A DNA stretch of 47,389 nucleotides, taken from contig DNVR01000010.1 of assembly GCA_003507445.1 (NCBI GenBank), positions 1 through 47,389 on the forward strand, written 5' to 3'. Numbering within the stretch: the stretch's first letter is position 1; the number at the start of each line of letters is the position of its first letter. The notes below the pieces were generated by a model. The model was not told where the DNA came from and ran no database searches. It saw only the letters and a list, made by a program, of their open reading frames with translations. Position numbers and translations under genes: made by a program. Of this stretch, positions 34,845 to 42,024 are shown piece after piece. This DNA is from Candidatus Moraniibacteriota bacterium. Its GTDB lineage: Bacteria > Patescibacteriota > Minisyncoccia > Moranbacterales > GWC2-37-73.

Positions 34845-35127
34845 ACAAAAGTTAAAAGTTGAAAGTGAAAAGTTAAAAGCAAAATGCCTTCACAATTCAA
34901 ATTAAACTTACTAATTTATATTTTTTAAAAAATAATTCCACAAGTATTTTTTGCAGTTACACAATATCCATAAATATTATATAATGCTAGAAAGGATGTG
35001 GGGTTCAAATGTGACAAGTAAATTTCGTTTGGATTCATTTTGGCCTGCCTACCGGTAGGTAGACAATGAAATGCGCCCAGCGCGGGAGCCCAAAGAGAAC
35101 TTATTGTCACTCAGTGTTACAGGATTT
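34845..35127 (-). promoter_or_regulatory. Long structured 5' leader (or separate small RNA) upstream of rpmA
   Basis: Lies downstream of the promoter at 35128-35155. Minus-strand closing stem GTGACAA(T)AAGT / ACTTGTCAC. GC-rich hairpins GTCTACCTACCGGTAGGCAGGC and CCCGCGCTGGG sit in an otherwise AT-rich spacer. Confidence 0.4.
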
Positions 35128-35155
35128 ATTCTAACAGAAATAATGATTATGTCAA
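35128..35155 (-). promoter_or_regulatory. Near-consensus sigma70 promoter on the minus strand (TTGACA-16 nt-TAGAAT)
   Basis: The plus-strand TGTCAA at 35150-35155 and ATTCTA at 35128-35133 read as TTGACA and TAGAAT on the minus strand. Confidence 0.55.
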
Positions 35156-35192
35156 TCCTGTCGCTCACGAGCGACGGGATCAACCTCCTTAT

Positions 35193-35621
35193 ATGTCAAA
35201 AATAAAAGACTTTTTTATAAAAAATGAGACTAAAATTGTACTTTTTGTCGGTTTTTGCCTGATTAGCGCTATTTCCTTTGAATTTGGGGTGTTGCAAGGT
35301 CAAAAATGGCAGCAAAAGCCCCTAGTAATCGAGAAGCCTTCTGACACACGAGAAGGGCAGCAAACTGCAACTCAGGGCAATTTAGAAGCCTCTAGCGCGA
35401 CTAAAACCATCACAACACCCCAAATAGCTGTCCAAGGAGCCGCAACAACTAACACCTCGTCTTGTGCCTATGTTGGCAGCAAAAATTCCGACAAATTTTA
35501 CCTCCCAACCTGTTCCTACGCCAAACGCGTCAAGCCTGAAAACCTTGTCTGTTTTAAGACCGCAGAAGAGGCGCTCAGCCAAGGTCGCACCGAAAGCAAA
35601 TGCGGCGCCAGCACCAAATAA
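35193..35621 (+). CDS. Membrane-anchored protein with a C-terminal Cys-containing 'sunset'-type domain (tentative)
   Basis: N-terminal TM helix. C-terminal segment CAYVGSKNSDKFYLPTCSYAKRVKPENLVCFKTAEEALSQGRTESKC. Confidence 0.6.
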   Translation: MSKIKDFFIKNETKIVLFVGFCLISAISFEFGVLQGQKWQQKPLVIEKPSDTREGQQTATQGNLEASSATKTITTPQIAVQGAATTNTSSCAYVGSKNSDKFYLPTCSYAKRVKPENLVCFKTAEEALSQGRTESKCGASTK

Positions 35622-35637
35622 CAATCAACAACAAAAT

Positions 35638-35677
35638 GGCAAGCACTATCATACTCGATAGCGTGATAGTGCTTGCC
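35638..35677. repeat. 40-nt palindrome, copy 1 (GGCAAGCACTATCATACT CGAT AGCGTGATAGTGCTTGCC)
   Basis: 18-bp stem with one wobble and one mismatch. Preceded by AAAAT. A second copy lies at 36269-36308. Confidence 0.7.
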
Positions 35678-35702
35678 GAAAATATATAAACAAAAAAATA
35701 AT

Positions 35703-36251
35703 ATGGCAAAATATTATTCAAAATTATCCAAAAAAGAAATAGACAAAATTTTGTACCAACTTTGTCTGGCAATTGCTGAAATCAAAGATCCTAACGAGGC
35801 TGCGGAACTTTTGCGCGACCTACTTTCCTATAGGGAATCGGAAATGATTGCCAAGCGTCTTAAAATTGCAGAACTGCTTATTAAAGATTTGACTTATCAA
35901 GAAATAGAGGAAACTTTGAAAGTCAGTGCAACAACCATCGCTCGTGTGCATGAATGGCTTCAAATTTCAGGGGATGGATATCAAAAAGCAATCGCGAGAA
36001 CTAAAGGTAAAATTTCAAAACAAGATAATGCTGATGTAAATTTTGAAAATTGGAGCTCTCTTAAAAAGAAATTTCCCGCCTATTATTGGCCAGATATTTT
36101 GTTGGAGAACATCGTGACAAATGCCAACAAGAAGCAAAGAGCCCAAATGCAAGTTGTTATCGAAAAGTTAGATAAGGCCAAAGAAAAACCAGCGATTTAC
36201 AAAAAATTGAAGCGCTTAATCCTAGCAAGCAATCATATCCAAAAACAATGA
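35703..36251 (+). CDS. YerC/YecD-like (TrpR-related) helix-turn-helix protein with a C-terminal extension
   Basis: ...LCLAIAEIKDPNEAAELLRDLLSYRESEMIAKRLKIAELLIKDLTYQEIEETLKVSATTIARV matches the YerC/TrpR-like family. The ATG at 35703 is preferred because the TTG at 35673 lies inside the palindrome. Confidence 0.75.
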   Translation: MAKYYSKLSKKEIDKILYQLCLAIAEIKDPNEAAELLRDLLSYRESEMIAKRLKIAELLIKDLTYQEIEETLKVSATTIARVHEWLQISGDGYQKAIARTKGKISKQDNADVNFENWSSLKKKFPAYYWPDILLENIVTNANKKQRAQMQVVIEKLDKAKEKPAIYKKLKRLILASNHIQKQ

Positions 36252-36268
36252 CGGCACAAACCAAAAAT

Positions 36269-36308
36269 GGCAAGCACTATCACACTCGATAGTGTGATAG
36301 TGCTTGCT
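36269..36308. repeat. 40-nt palindrome, copy 2 (GGCAAGCACTATCACACT CGAT AGTGTGATAGTGCTTGCT)
   Basis: Differs from copy 1 at 3 positions. The stem is fully paired (one G-T wobble at the base). Preceded by the same AAAAT. Confidence 0.7.
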
Positions 36309-36374
36309 TAAATTGTTTCGATAGTGTGTGTTTGAAAGATATTTGAAAATCGGGTATGCTTTAAAGGTACCCAA

Positions 36375-37061
36375 GTGCAACTTTGCAAGGAAATACATGT
36401 AAGTCATAAGCTAAAAAAATATATGCGAGACGTTACCATGTTTGAAGCCTTAAGAAATATGAAGAGTGCGGAAAGTAATTTTAAAGATATATCAAAAATA
36501 AAAGGTTGGATAACTTTTGTTGATTCTTATTTAAAAATTTCTGATCAGGGTATAAATTATTATTTACAAATCAAACAAAAAAGTAATAACGACAAATATA
36601 TCTTAATTCCAATTGTATACAATTTAAAGCATTCTTTGGAATTAATATTGAAGACACTTGAAAAGTTGCAAAGTAACAAGGGAAATTCTTGTGTAACAAA
36701 ATCACACAACTTACACGCAATATTGAAAAACTTATCCAAAAAAGATCCAGAAATTAAGGACATTTGTGAAAAATTGGAGGGGATTATTTGGCAATATTAT
36801 TCTTTAAAAATTCTGCCTTTCTTTTATAATCAGCAGGGTGTACCACCAATTTCATTTGAAGATCGCGCAAATACATTTTTTAAATACCCCGAACTTGAAA
36901 CAGAAAAAGACAACGAGAGGGATTTTTCCGTTTTTATTGATTTCGACTTTATTATGCAGAATATTGATGATAACACATTCCTAAGTATACAAGCCGATCT
37001 CAATGAAATAAGAAGAATTTTCGGCGATGTTCTTAATCAAATATCTAAAACACGTAGATAG
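36375..37061 (+). CDS. Hypothetical protein with a HEPN-like helical motif (start uncertain: GTG 36375, ATG 36423 or ATG 36438)
   Basis: KHSLELILKTLEKLQSNKGNSCVTKSHNLHAILKNL resembles the E..LKA...(n)..tHdL..L pattern of classical HEPN domains. Very AT-rich. No SD. Confidence 0.45.
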   Translation: MQLCKEIHVSHKLKKYMRDVTMFEALRNMKSAESNFKDISKIKGWITFVDSYLKISDQGINYYLQIKQKSNNDKYILIPIVYNLKHSLELILKTLEKLQSNKGNSCVTKSHNLHAILKNLSKKDPEIKDICEKLEGIIWQYYSLKILPFFYNQQGVPPISFEDRANTFFKYPELETEKDNERDFSVFIDFDFIMQNIDDNTFLSIQADLNEIRRIFGDVLNQISKTRR

Positions 37062-37097
37062 TTAATATTATAAAAAAATACTAAAAAATTAAACGGT

Positions 37098-37406
37098 ATG
37101 GAAAATAAACAGGTTAAAACATTTGAGGAAATTGAGGAGCATTTGAAGACCAATTTGATGCAGATTGGGATGGAGATTGCGGAGATTGAGAATTTTTTGA
37201 AGTTGGGAGAAGAGCTTTTGGAAAAAGAAAGGAAGTTGCAAGATGGAAGTCCGGTCAAAAATGAAGAAATTATTGAAAAATATAAAAATGATATTGAAAA
37301 GTTGCAAAAGGGTTTGGAGATGTTTTTGGGGATTAGAGATGAAATGCAAAACACTTTAGCCAAGCTTGCTGAGACAAAAGCCAAAGCCGATGAGCATATC
37401 AGATAA
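37098..37406 (+). CDS. Hypothetical 102-aa acidic coiled-coil protein
   Basis: Heptad-like E/K/L-rich sequence throughout. Lies 36 nt downstream of the HEPN-like gene. Confidence 0.5.
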   Translation: MENKQVKTFEEIEEHLKTNLMQIGMEIAEIENFLKLGEELLEKERKLQDGSPVKNEEIIEKYKNDIEKLQKGLEMFLGIRDEMQNTLAKLAETKAKADEHIR

Positions 37407-37439
37407 GTTATAAAGTTATAAAGTTATAAAGTTCATAAA
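37407..37439 (+). repeat. Tandem octamer repeat (GTTATAAA x3 + GTTCATAAA)
   Basis: Read directly, immediately after the stop codon of the 102-aa gene. Confidence 0.8.
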
Positions 37440-37712
37440 GTAAGTCAGGCTCATATTTGCATCCCGCATTCCCTTTGCACCATATGAAGTACGTAGGCGA
37501 AAAACGAGTGATGAGCGTTAAAAAATTTTGAAACGTAGCGCCCGCTAGCAAGCGTAGGCGCGCAGTGTAAATTTTAGCGAAGAGCGAAATTTTTGCCACA
37601 GTATCTTCATCCGGTGCGAGCTTTTCTTTCCTCCAGGTTTCTTTTTGCGGGAAAAAGAAATGTGGAAATGAGCCCGTGCTATAATTAGTTAAATTAATTA
37701 TCAAATATTACT

Positions 37713-38405
37713 ATGAACAAAAAAACAATCGTTATTTCACTTGGAGGGTCGCTCATTGTGCCGGAAGAAATTGATTGGAAATTTGTGAAACAGTTTAAAA
37801 AGGTTATTGAAGATGGAATTACCAAGGGTTTTCGCTTCATCATCATTACCGGTGGAGGAAAAACCGCCAGAAAATATATTGAAGCTGGCGCAAAGGTAGG
37901 AAACATTGATGATGAGGACAAAGATTGGATTGGAATTCACGCCACCAGAATGAATGCGCATTTCATCCGAACTATTTTCAAAAAATATGCGCATCCGACG
38001 ATTAACAAAAATCCATATGATTTGGAAAGTTTTTTGAAAGCCAAAGAATCAGTTTTGGTTGCTGCCGGATATAAACCGGGAAATTCAACGGATTACATTG
38101 CAGTGTTACTTGCTAAACATTTTGATGTTAAAAAAATTGCCAACCTTTCTAATATTGATTACGTTTGTGATAAAGATCCAAAGAAGCACAAAGACGCCAA
38201 AAGAATCAAGGAGATTGGTTGGGACGATTTTCAAAAAATAGTGGGCGATACTTGGGATCCTGGTTCCAATGTTCCATTTGACCCAATAGCTTCCAAGATG
38301 GCAGCCAAAGAGGGAATCGAAGTTGCAATCCTAAACGGCAAGAAAATGAATAATTTTCAAAAATATTTGGATGGGGAAAAGTTTGTTGGAACAACTATAA
38401 AATAG
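37713..38405 (+). CDS. pyrH: UMP kinase, archaeal-type (amino-acid kinase fold)
   Basis: KTIVISLGGSLIVPEE..., IIITGGGKTARKYI and the GYKPGNSTD block, in a protein of about 230 aa. Confidence 0.8.
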   Translation: MNKKTIVISLGGSLIVPEEIDWKFVKQFKKVIEDGITKGFRFIIITGGGKTARKYIEAGAKVGNIDDEDKDWIGIHATRMNAHFIRTIFKKYAHPTINKNPYDLESFLKAKESVLVAAGYKPGNSTDYIAVLLAKHFDVKKIANLSNIDYVCDKDPKKHKDAKRIKEIGWDDFQKIVGDTWDPGSNVPFDPIASKMAAKEGIEVAILNGKKMNNFQKYLDGEKFVGTTIK

Positions 38406-38526
38406 CTTACTAGGCATTAGCTCCTTAGCTTCTTAGAGAAACAACTCGAAAGGGTTGTTTTTTCTTATATATATATGCTCAGTTTGTATTCAGAAGTAAA
38501 AATCCCATTGCCCAAGGAGGCACAAA

Positions 38527-38670
38527 ATGGAGACAACAAACCGCATGGACGGACTATCAAGAAAGGTGGCAAAAGTTTTTTTAAAATTGATTGGCATGTC
38601 ACTTGAGGGAAAAGTGCGAACAAAATATCTTTTACGCATAAATGATTTTCTTGAAGAAAATAAGGCTTGA
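38527..38670 (+). CDS. Hypothetical 47-aa protein (METTNRMDGLSRKVAKVFLKLIGMSLEGKVRTKYLLRINDFLEENKA)
   Basis: Consensus SD AAGGAGG lies 7 nt upstream of the ATG, and a terminator follows. Below the ORF-track cutoff, so read by hand. Confidence 0.5.
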   Translation: METTNRMDGLSRKVAKVFLKLIGMSLEGKVRTKYLLRINDFLEENKA

Positions 38671-38695
38671 CCAATAGGTTTTGTTGAGTAAAAAG

Positions 38696-38730
38696 AAAGG
38701 CGACACTGAGTTAAAACTCTTGTCGCCTTT
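38696..38730. terminator. Bidirectional terminator between the 47-aa ORF and the histidine kinase gene
   Basis: AAAGGCGACA ... TGTCGCCTTT with flanking A and T tracts. Confidence 0.65.
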
Positions 38731-38768
38731 ATTATTTGATGAAAATTCATCCTACCCAAAAGTTTCAG

Positions 38769-39545
38769 TTACTCAATTGGCAACCAAAACAAGAATTCAT
38801 GCTTCTCACGATTATACGTAATATCGCCGCCAAGCAGTCGCAGAATTTTTCTGTTAATACATAAGCCAACACCAGTTCCTTCTTTTGAAGTAGGGTCAGC
38901 TCGTTGAAACATTTCGAAAAGTCTGTTTTTCACAAATTCCTCATCAAGTGGATCGCCTGAATCAGAAACTGAAAAGTATCTTCTTTTTTCTTCCGCGTTA
39001 ATATATGAATCCAGAATAATTTCGCAATCCTGTGGACCATATTTAACACTATTATTAAAGAGATTTCCAAACACTGCTGAAAGACAACTTCGGTTTGTTC
39101 TTAATGTTATTTTACTAAATTCAATTTTGTTTTCTACTCGTATGCCTTTCTCTTGTATTTTGTCAGAGTGTGCGTACAAAATTGGTTTTATGATAACTGC
39201 TTGAATATCAGTAATCACTTTTGCCAGACTTTCATCATCCTTAAAATCCAGCATTGCTATTTCAGTAAGAGATCTCATAATGTTCAATTCCATCGCAGAA
39301 AGTCCAATGTGTGCTTTTTGTAAATACATTTTTGCATCATCATTTAATAATTCACCGCATTTCTCATGAACAACTCTTCCAACAAAGCCCAGTGCAGCTG
39401 CTAATGGTTGCTTCATTTCATGTGTTATATTCATAAAGAAATCCTTGAAGGCCTCTTCATGTTCCCGCATTTTAATTGCCTTTTTTCTACTCATTATAAC
39501 CGGAAATGCATTCTTGACAGTTTCAATAATTTTTGCGAAATTCAT
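38769..39545 (-). CDS. Cytoplasmic sensor histidine kinase (HisKA + HATPase_c), no TM segment and no adjacent response regulator
   Basis: H-box FFMNITHEMKQPLAAALGF, N-box FGNLFNNSVKY, and G-boxes SVSDSGDPLD and GTGVGLCINRKIL. The start at 39545 (MNFAKII) is preceded by AGAGGTG. Confidence 0.85.
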   Translation of the reverse strand: MNFAKIIETVKNAFPVIMSRKKAIKMREHEEAFKDFFMNITHEMKQPLAAALGFVGRVVHEKCGELLNDDAKMYLQKAHIGLSAMELNIMRSLTEIAMLDFKDDESLAKVITDIQAVIIKPILYAHSDKIQEKGIRVENKIEFSKITLRTNRSCLSAVFGNLFNNSVKYGPQDCEIILDSYINAEEKRRYFSVSDSGDPLDEEFVKNRLFEMFQRADPTSKEGTGVGLCINRKILRLLGGDITYNREKHEFLFWLPIE

Positions 39546-39679
39546 TTTGCACCTCTTTCTTATATGTATTTTATATTTTATTGTAAATGTGCGAAGGCTG
39601 TATTGTGACATATTATGTATTTTGTGTCAATACTTGTGCTGGCGCCCGTTAATTGCTATGTTTAAGCTATAAAAAGATT

Positions 39680-40390
39680 ATGGGTAAATTAGTATTTGAC
39701 ATTGAAACAATTGGTGCTGATTTTAACTTGCTGGATGAAACTTCGCAGGAAGTGCTTACGCGTTGGATCAAAAAAGAGACAGCTTCCGATGAGGAATATG
39801 AAAAAGAATTAGCAGAAGTGAAAAATGGGCTTTGTTTTTCTCCTTTAACTGGCCAAATTGTGGCTATTGGAGTTTATGATGTTGAAAAAGATAAAGGCGC
39901 AGTATATTTCCAGGCCCCAGATGGCAGTGTTTCTGACTTTGAAGATGGCAATATAAAATTCAGAGTTTTGGGCGAAAAGGAAATGCTAGCACAATTTTGG
40001 AATTTGGCCGAAAAATATGATGAATTTGTCAGCTTTAACGGGCGCACATTTGATGTGCCTTTTTTATTTGTCAGAAGTGCAATTAGTGGAATTCGACCTT
40101 CAAAAAACCTGATGGCTAATCGTTATCTCTCAAGCCAACCGCAAAACGCCAAACATATTGACCTGCTTGATCAACTCACTTTTTATGGTGCAGTTCGTCG
40201 CAAAGGCAACTTGCATCTTTGGAGCAAAGCTTTTGGCATCAAGAGTCCCAAGGAAGAGGGGATTTCCGGAGACGACGTTGGTCAACTTTTCAAAGAAAAA
40301 AGATTCCTTGATATTGCAAAATATAATGTGGGGGATTTGCAAGCTACCAAGTCGCTGTATGAATATTGGGAAAAATTCTTGAAATTTTAA
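39680..40390 (+). CDS. RNase H-fold 3'-5' exonuclease (DEDDy, PolB-exonuclease-like stand-alone protein)
   Basis: Exo I LVFDIET, Exo II SFNGRTFDVPFL and Exo III YNVGDLQAT. Confidence 0.75.
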   Translation: MGKLVFDIETIGADFNLLDETSQEVLTRWIKKETASDEEYEKELAEVKNGLCFSPLTGQIVAIGVYDVEKDKGAVYFQAPDGSVSDFEDGNIKFRVLGEKEMLAQFWNLAEKYDEFVSFNGRTFDVPFLFVRSAISGIRPSKNLMANRYLSSQPQNAKHIDLLDQLTFYGAVRRKGNLHLWSKAFGIKSPKEEGISGDDVGQLFKEKRFLDIAKYNVGDLQATKSLYEYWEKFLKF

Positions 40391-40420
40391 TATTCTACAA
40401 AAATACAAATATACAAAAAA

Positions 40421-40457
40421 AATAAAGCCGGATCATCTGATGATGACCGGCTTTATT
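40421..40457. terminator. Bidirectional intrinsic terminator
   Basis: AATAAAGCCGG ATCATCTGATGATGA CCGGCTTTATT. Confidence 0.75.
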
Positions 40458-40471
40458 AAATCTCGTACGTA

Positions 40472-40630
40472 TCAAGGTGTTGTTTCGGTTGTGGGTGTAG
40501 TGATTGGTTCATTGCCTTCAGTGTTTGATTGTTGATCTTGCAACCTTTTTTCACGCATACCAATTGCAAGAATCTTTACCATACAAACAAACGTTGACAA
40601 GGTTTCATCACAACTTTCTTTTCTACTCAT
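40472..40630 (-). CDS. Hypothetical 52-aa protein (MSRKESCDETLSTFVCMVKILAIGMREKRLQDQQSNTEGNEPITTPTTETTP)
   Basis: Consensus SD AAGGAGG lies 10 nt upstream of the ATG. Read by hand. Ends 15 nt before the terminator. Confidence 0.5.
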   Translation of the reverse strand: MSRKESCDETLSTFVCMVKILAIGMREKRLQDQQSNTEGNEPITTPTTETTP

Positions 40631-40651
40631 AACGCATTACCTCCTTGGAAA

Positions 40652-40807
40652 TTAGGTAAAGTCTTCACCCTGCAATCCAGCGCCAATCATTTTTCCTTCT
40701 TTATCAACGTAACCACACTTGCAAAGATCGTCTAAAAAAACTTTTGCTATTCCATCGAGTTCTTCATCAACAGGATCATATTCGTAGACAACAGGATCGT
40801 TTTTCAT
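40652..40807 (-). CDS. Hypothetical acidic 51-aa protein (MKNDPVVYEYDPVDEELDGIAKVFLDDLCKCGYVDKEGKMIGAGLQGEDFT)
   Basis: SD GAGGAGG lies 8 nt upstream of the ATG. A TGTATAAT extended -10-like box lies just upstream. Read by hand. Confidence 0.5.
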   Translation of the reverse strand: MKNDPVVYEYDPVDEELDGIAKVFLDDLCKCGYVDKEGKMIGAGLQGEDFT

Positions 40808-40857
40808 TTGCAATTCCTCCTCGGGTTTAGTTTTTAAAGAAGATTATACATCTTAAA

Positions 40858-42024
40858 TCATTTTTTCTTGATGGTCAAACTTTTGCTTTCCTTGTCCAAA
40901 ACGCGGGCGCGTTCAACGTCCTGCCGCGTGCTGACCGGCAACACACTCATAATATTTTTAAGTGCGATGCCATCAACTTTGAGGACTGATTCCCATTTGT
41001 CCAAAGGTTCCAAAATCTCACGAAGCTGTTTTTCATCATATTTATAAGTCTTGCGAAGCGTCTGAGCGATGATTCCTTCATCAGAAAAAACTCTCTCCAC
41101 ACCTTCTTGTTCCATATATTTTGTTATTTTTTCTTGCAATTGAGCAAATTGAGTTTTTGTTGAAGCAATTGCTGATTTGAGATTAATATAATCACCGATA
41201 GCAGCATTGATTTCTTCACTATCAATTTTTCTTTCATCTTTGAATTTGTGTTTCCACATCGGACAAATCTTTTGAAAACCACACCAATCACAAAGTGGAG
41301 TAACATTGGGCACGAAAATTCCTTTTTCAATTTCCGCAATAACGTCTAAAAACAATTGTTTGGCGGTATTGAGTTGCTCAAGTGAACGCTGCGAGCTCAA
41401 TTTAACGCCGTGCTTGAGATAATAAAGACTAACGGTAATCTTGTCCAAATTTGCAACTTCCTTTGGATAGCGAGCCAAAAATGCATTCAAATAAACTGAC
41501 AACTGCAAATCGTTGTCCACCTTGTCCTGAGAAGGCATTTTTTTGGTTGTTTTATAATCAATGATTTCATATCCATCTTCGGTTTTATCGATGCGGTCAA
41601 TGATGCCAGAAATGATGTGATTTACCCCGTGAACTTTACCCGATAGTTCACTGGGGCCAGCTCCATTTTTTGGATCAGTTATTTCAATGGCAAAACGACT
41701 TTCCAAATCAATAATATTATAATCACTGATACTATTATTTTTGTAATATTGTTGAATCATTGCCACGCCCATTGAAAAAGCACTGCGCTCTTCCAATTCA
41801 TCTTCGAAAACATCACTGTTCCAATTTTTAGAAAAATAATCCAAAGCATCCTCCATCTTTGGAGCAAGCAATGTTGGATTATGGATAAATTTCATTGTTG
41901 AATGAATCAAAGTTCCAAAAACAGCCTCTTTGCTCTTAGGCTCTTTAATTTTGTCGATATTTTGAAACTTATATTTCAAACTGCAGTTTTGAAATGTTTC
42001 AAGGGCTGAATATGATAAACGCAT
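40858..42024 (-). CDS. PD-(D/E)XK nuclease, Cas4/AddB-like with a 4-Cys Fe-S motif and a C-terminal extension of about 120 aa
   Basis: N-terminal Cys in ETFQNCSLKY. IIDRID ... EIIDYKT (D...DxK). QLSVY. C-x2-C-x5-C in PLCDWCGFQKICP. Confidence 0.8.
   Translation of the reverse strand: MRLSYSALETFQNCSLKYKFQNIDKIKEPKSKEAVFGTLIHSTMKFIHNPTLLAPKMEDALDYFSKNWNSDVFEDELEERSAFSMGVAMIQQYYKNNSISDYNIIDLESRFAIEITDPKNGAGPSELSGKVHGVNHIISGIIDRIDKTEDGYEIIDYKTTKKMPSQDKVDNDLQLSVYLNAFLARYPKEVANLDKITVSLYYLKHGVKLSSQRSLEQLNTAKQLFLDVIAEIEKGIFVPNVTPLCDWCGFQKICPMWKHKFKDERKIDSEEINAAIGDYINLKSAIASTKTQFAQLQEKITKYMEQEGVERVFSDEGIIAQTLRKTYKYDEKQLREILEPLDKWESVLKVDGIALKNIMSVLPVSTRQDVERARVLDKESKSLTIKKK

Noticed and set aside
34925-35110. 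61-aa minus-strand ORF upstream of rpmA, considered as a possible rplU (L21)
   Set aside because: The sequence (MTISSLWAPALGAFHCLPTGRQ...) has no resemblance to L21. It spans the GC-rich hairpins, which are better explained as RNA structure.
35172-35190. GGGATCAACCTCCTTA, resembling the 3' end of 16S rRNA (GGATCACCTCCTTA)
   Set aside because: No other rRNA-like sequence flanks it and it is only about 15 nt long. It is most likely a coincidental anti-SD-like word next to a hairpin.
37407-37439. Possible CRISPR array, or other tandem arrays elsewhere in the window
   Set aside because: The octamer repeats are contiguous with no spacers. No repeat-spacer periodicity of 25-40 nt was seen anywhere, and no cas genes are present apart from a stand-alone Cas4-like nuclease.
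37408-37704. 98-aa minus-strand ORF in the spacer before pyrH
   Set aside because: It has no SD and a repeat-derived composition, and it overlaps the tandem octamer and hairpins. It is probably spurious.
38490-38759. 89-aa minus-strand ORF (and 38465-38674)
   Set aside because: It has no SD and spans the bidirectional terminator. The plus-strand 47-aa ORF with a perfect AAGGAGG SD explains the region better.
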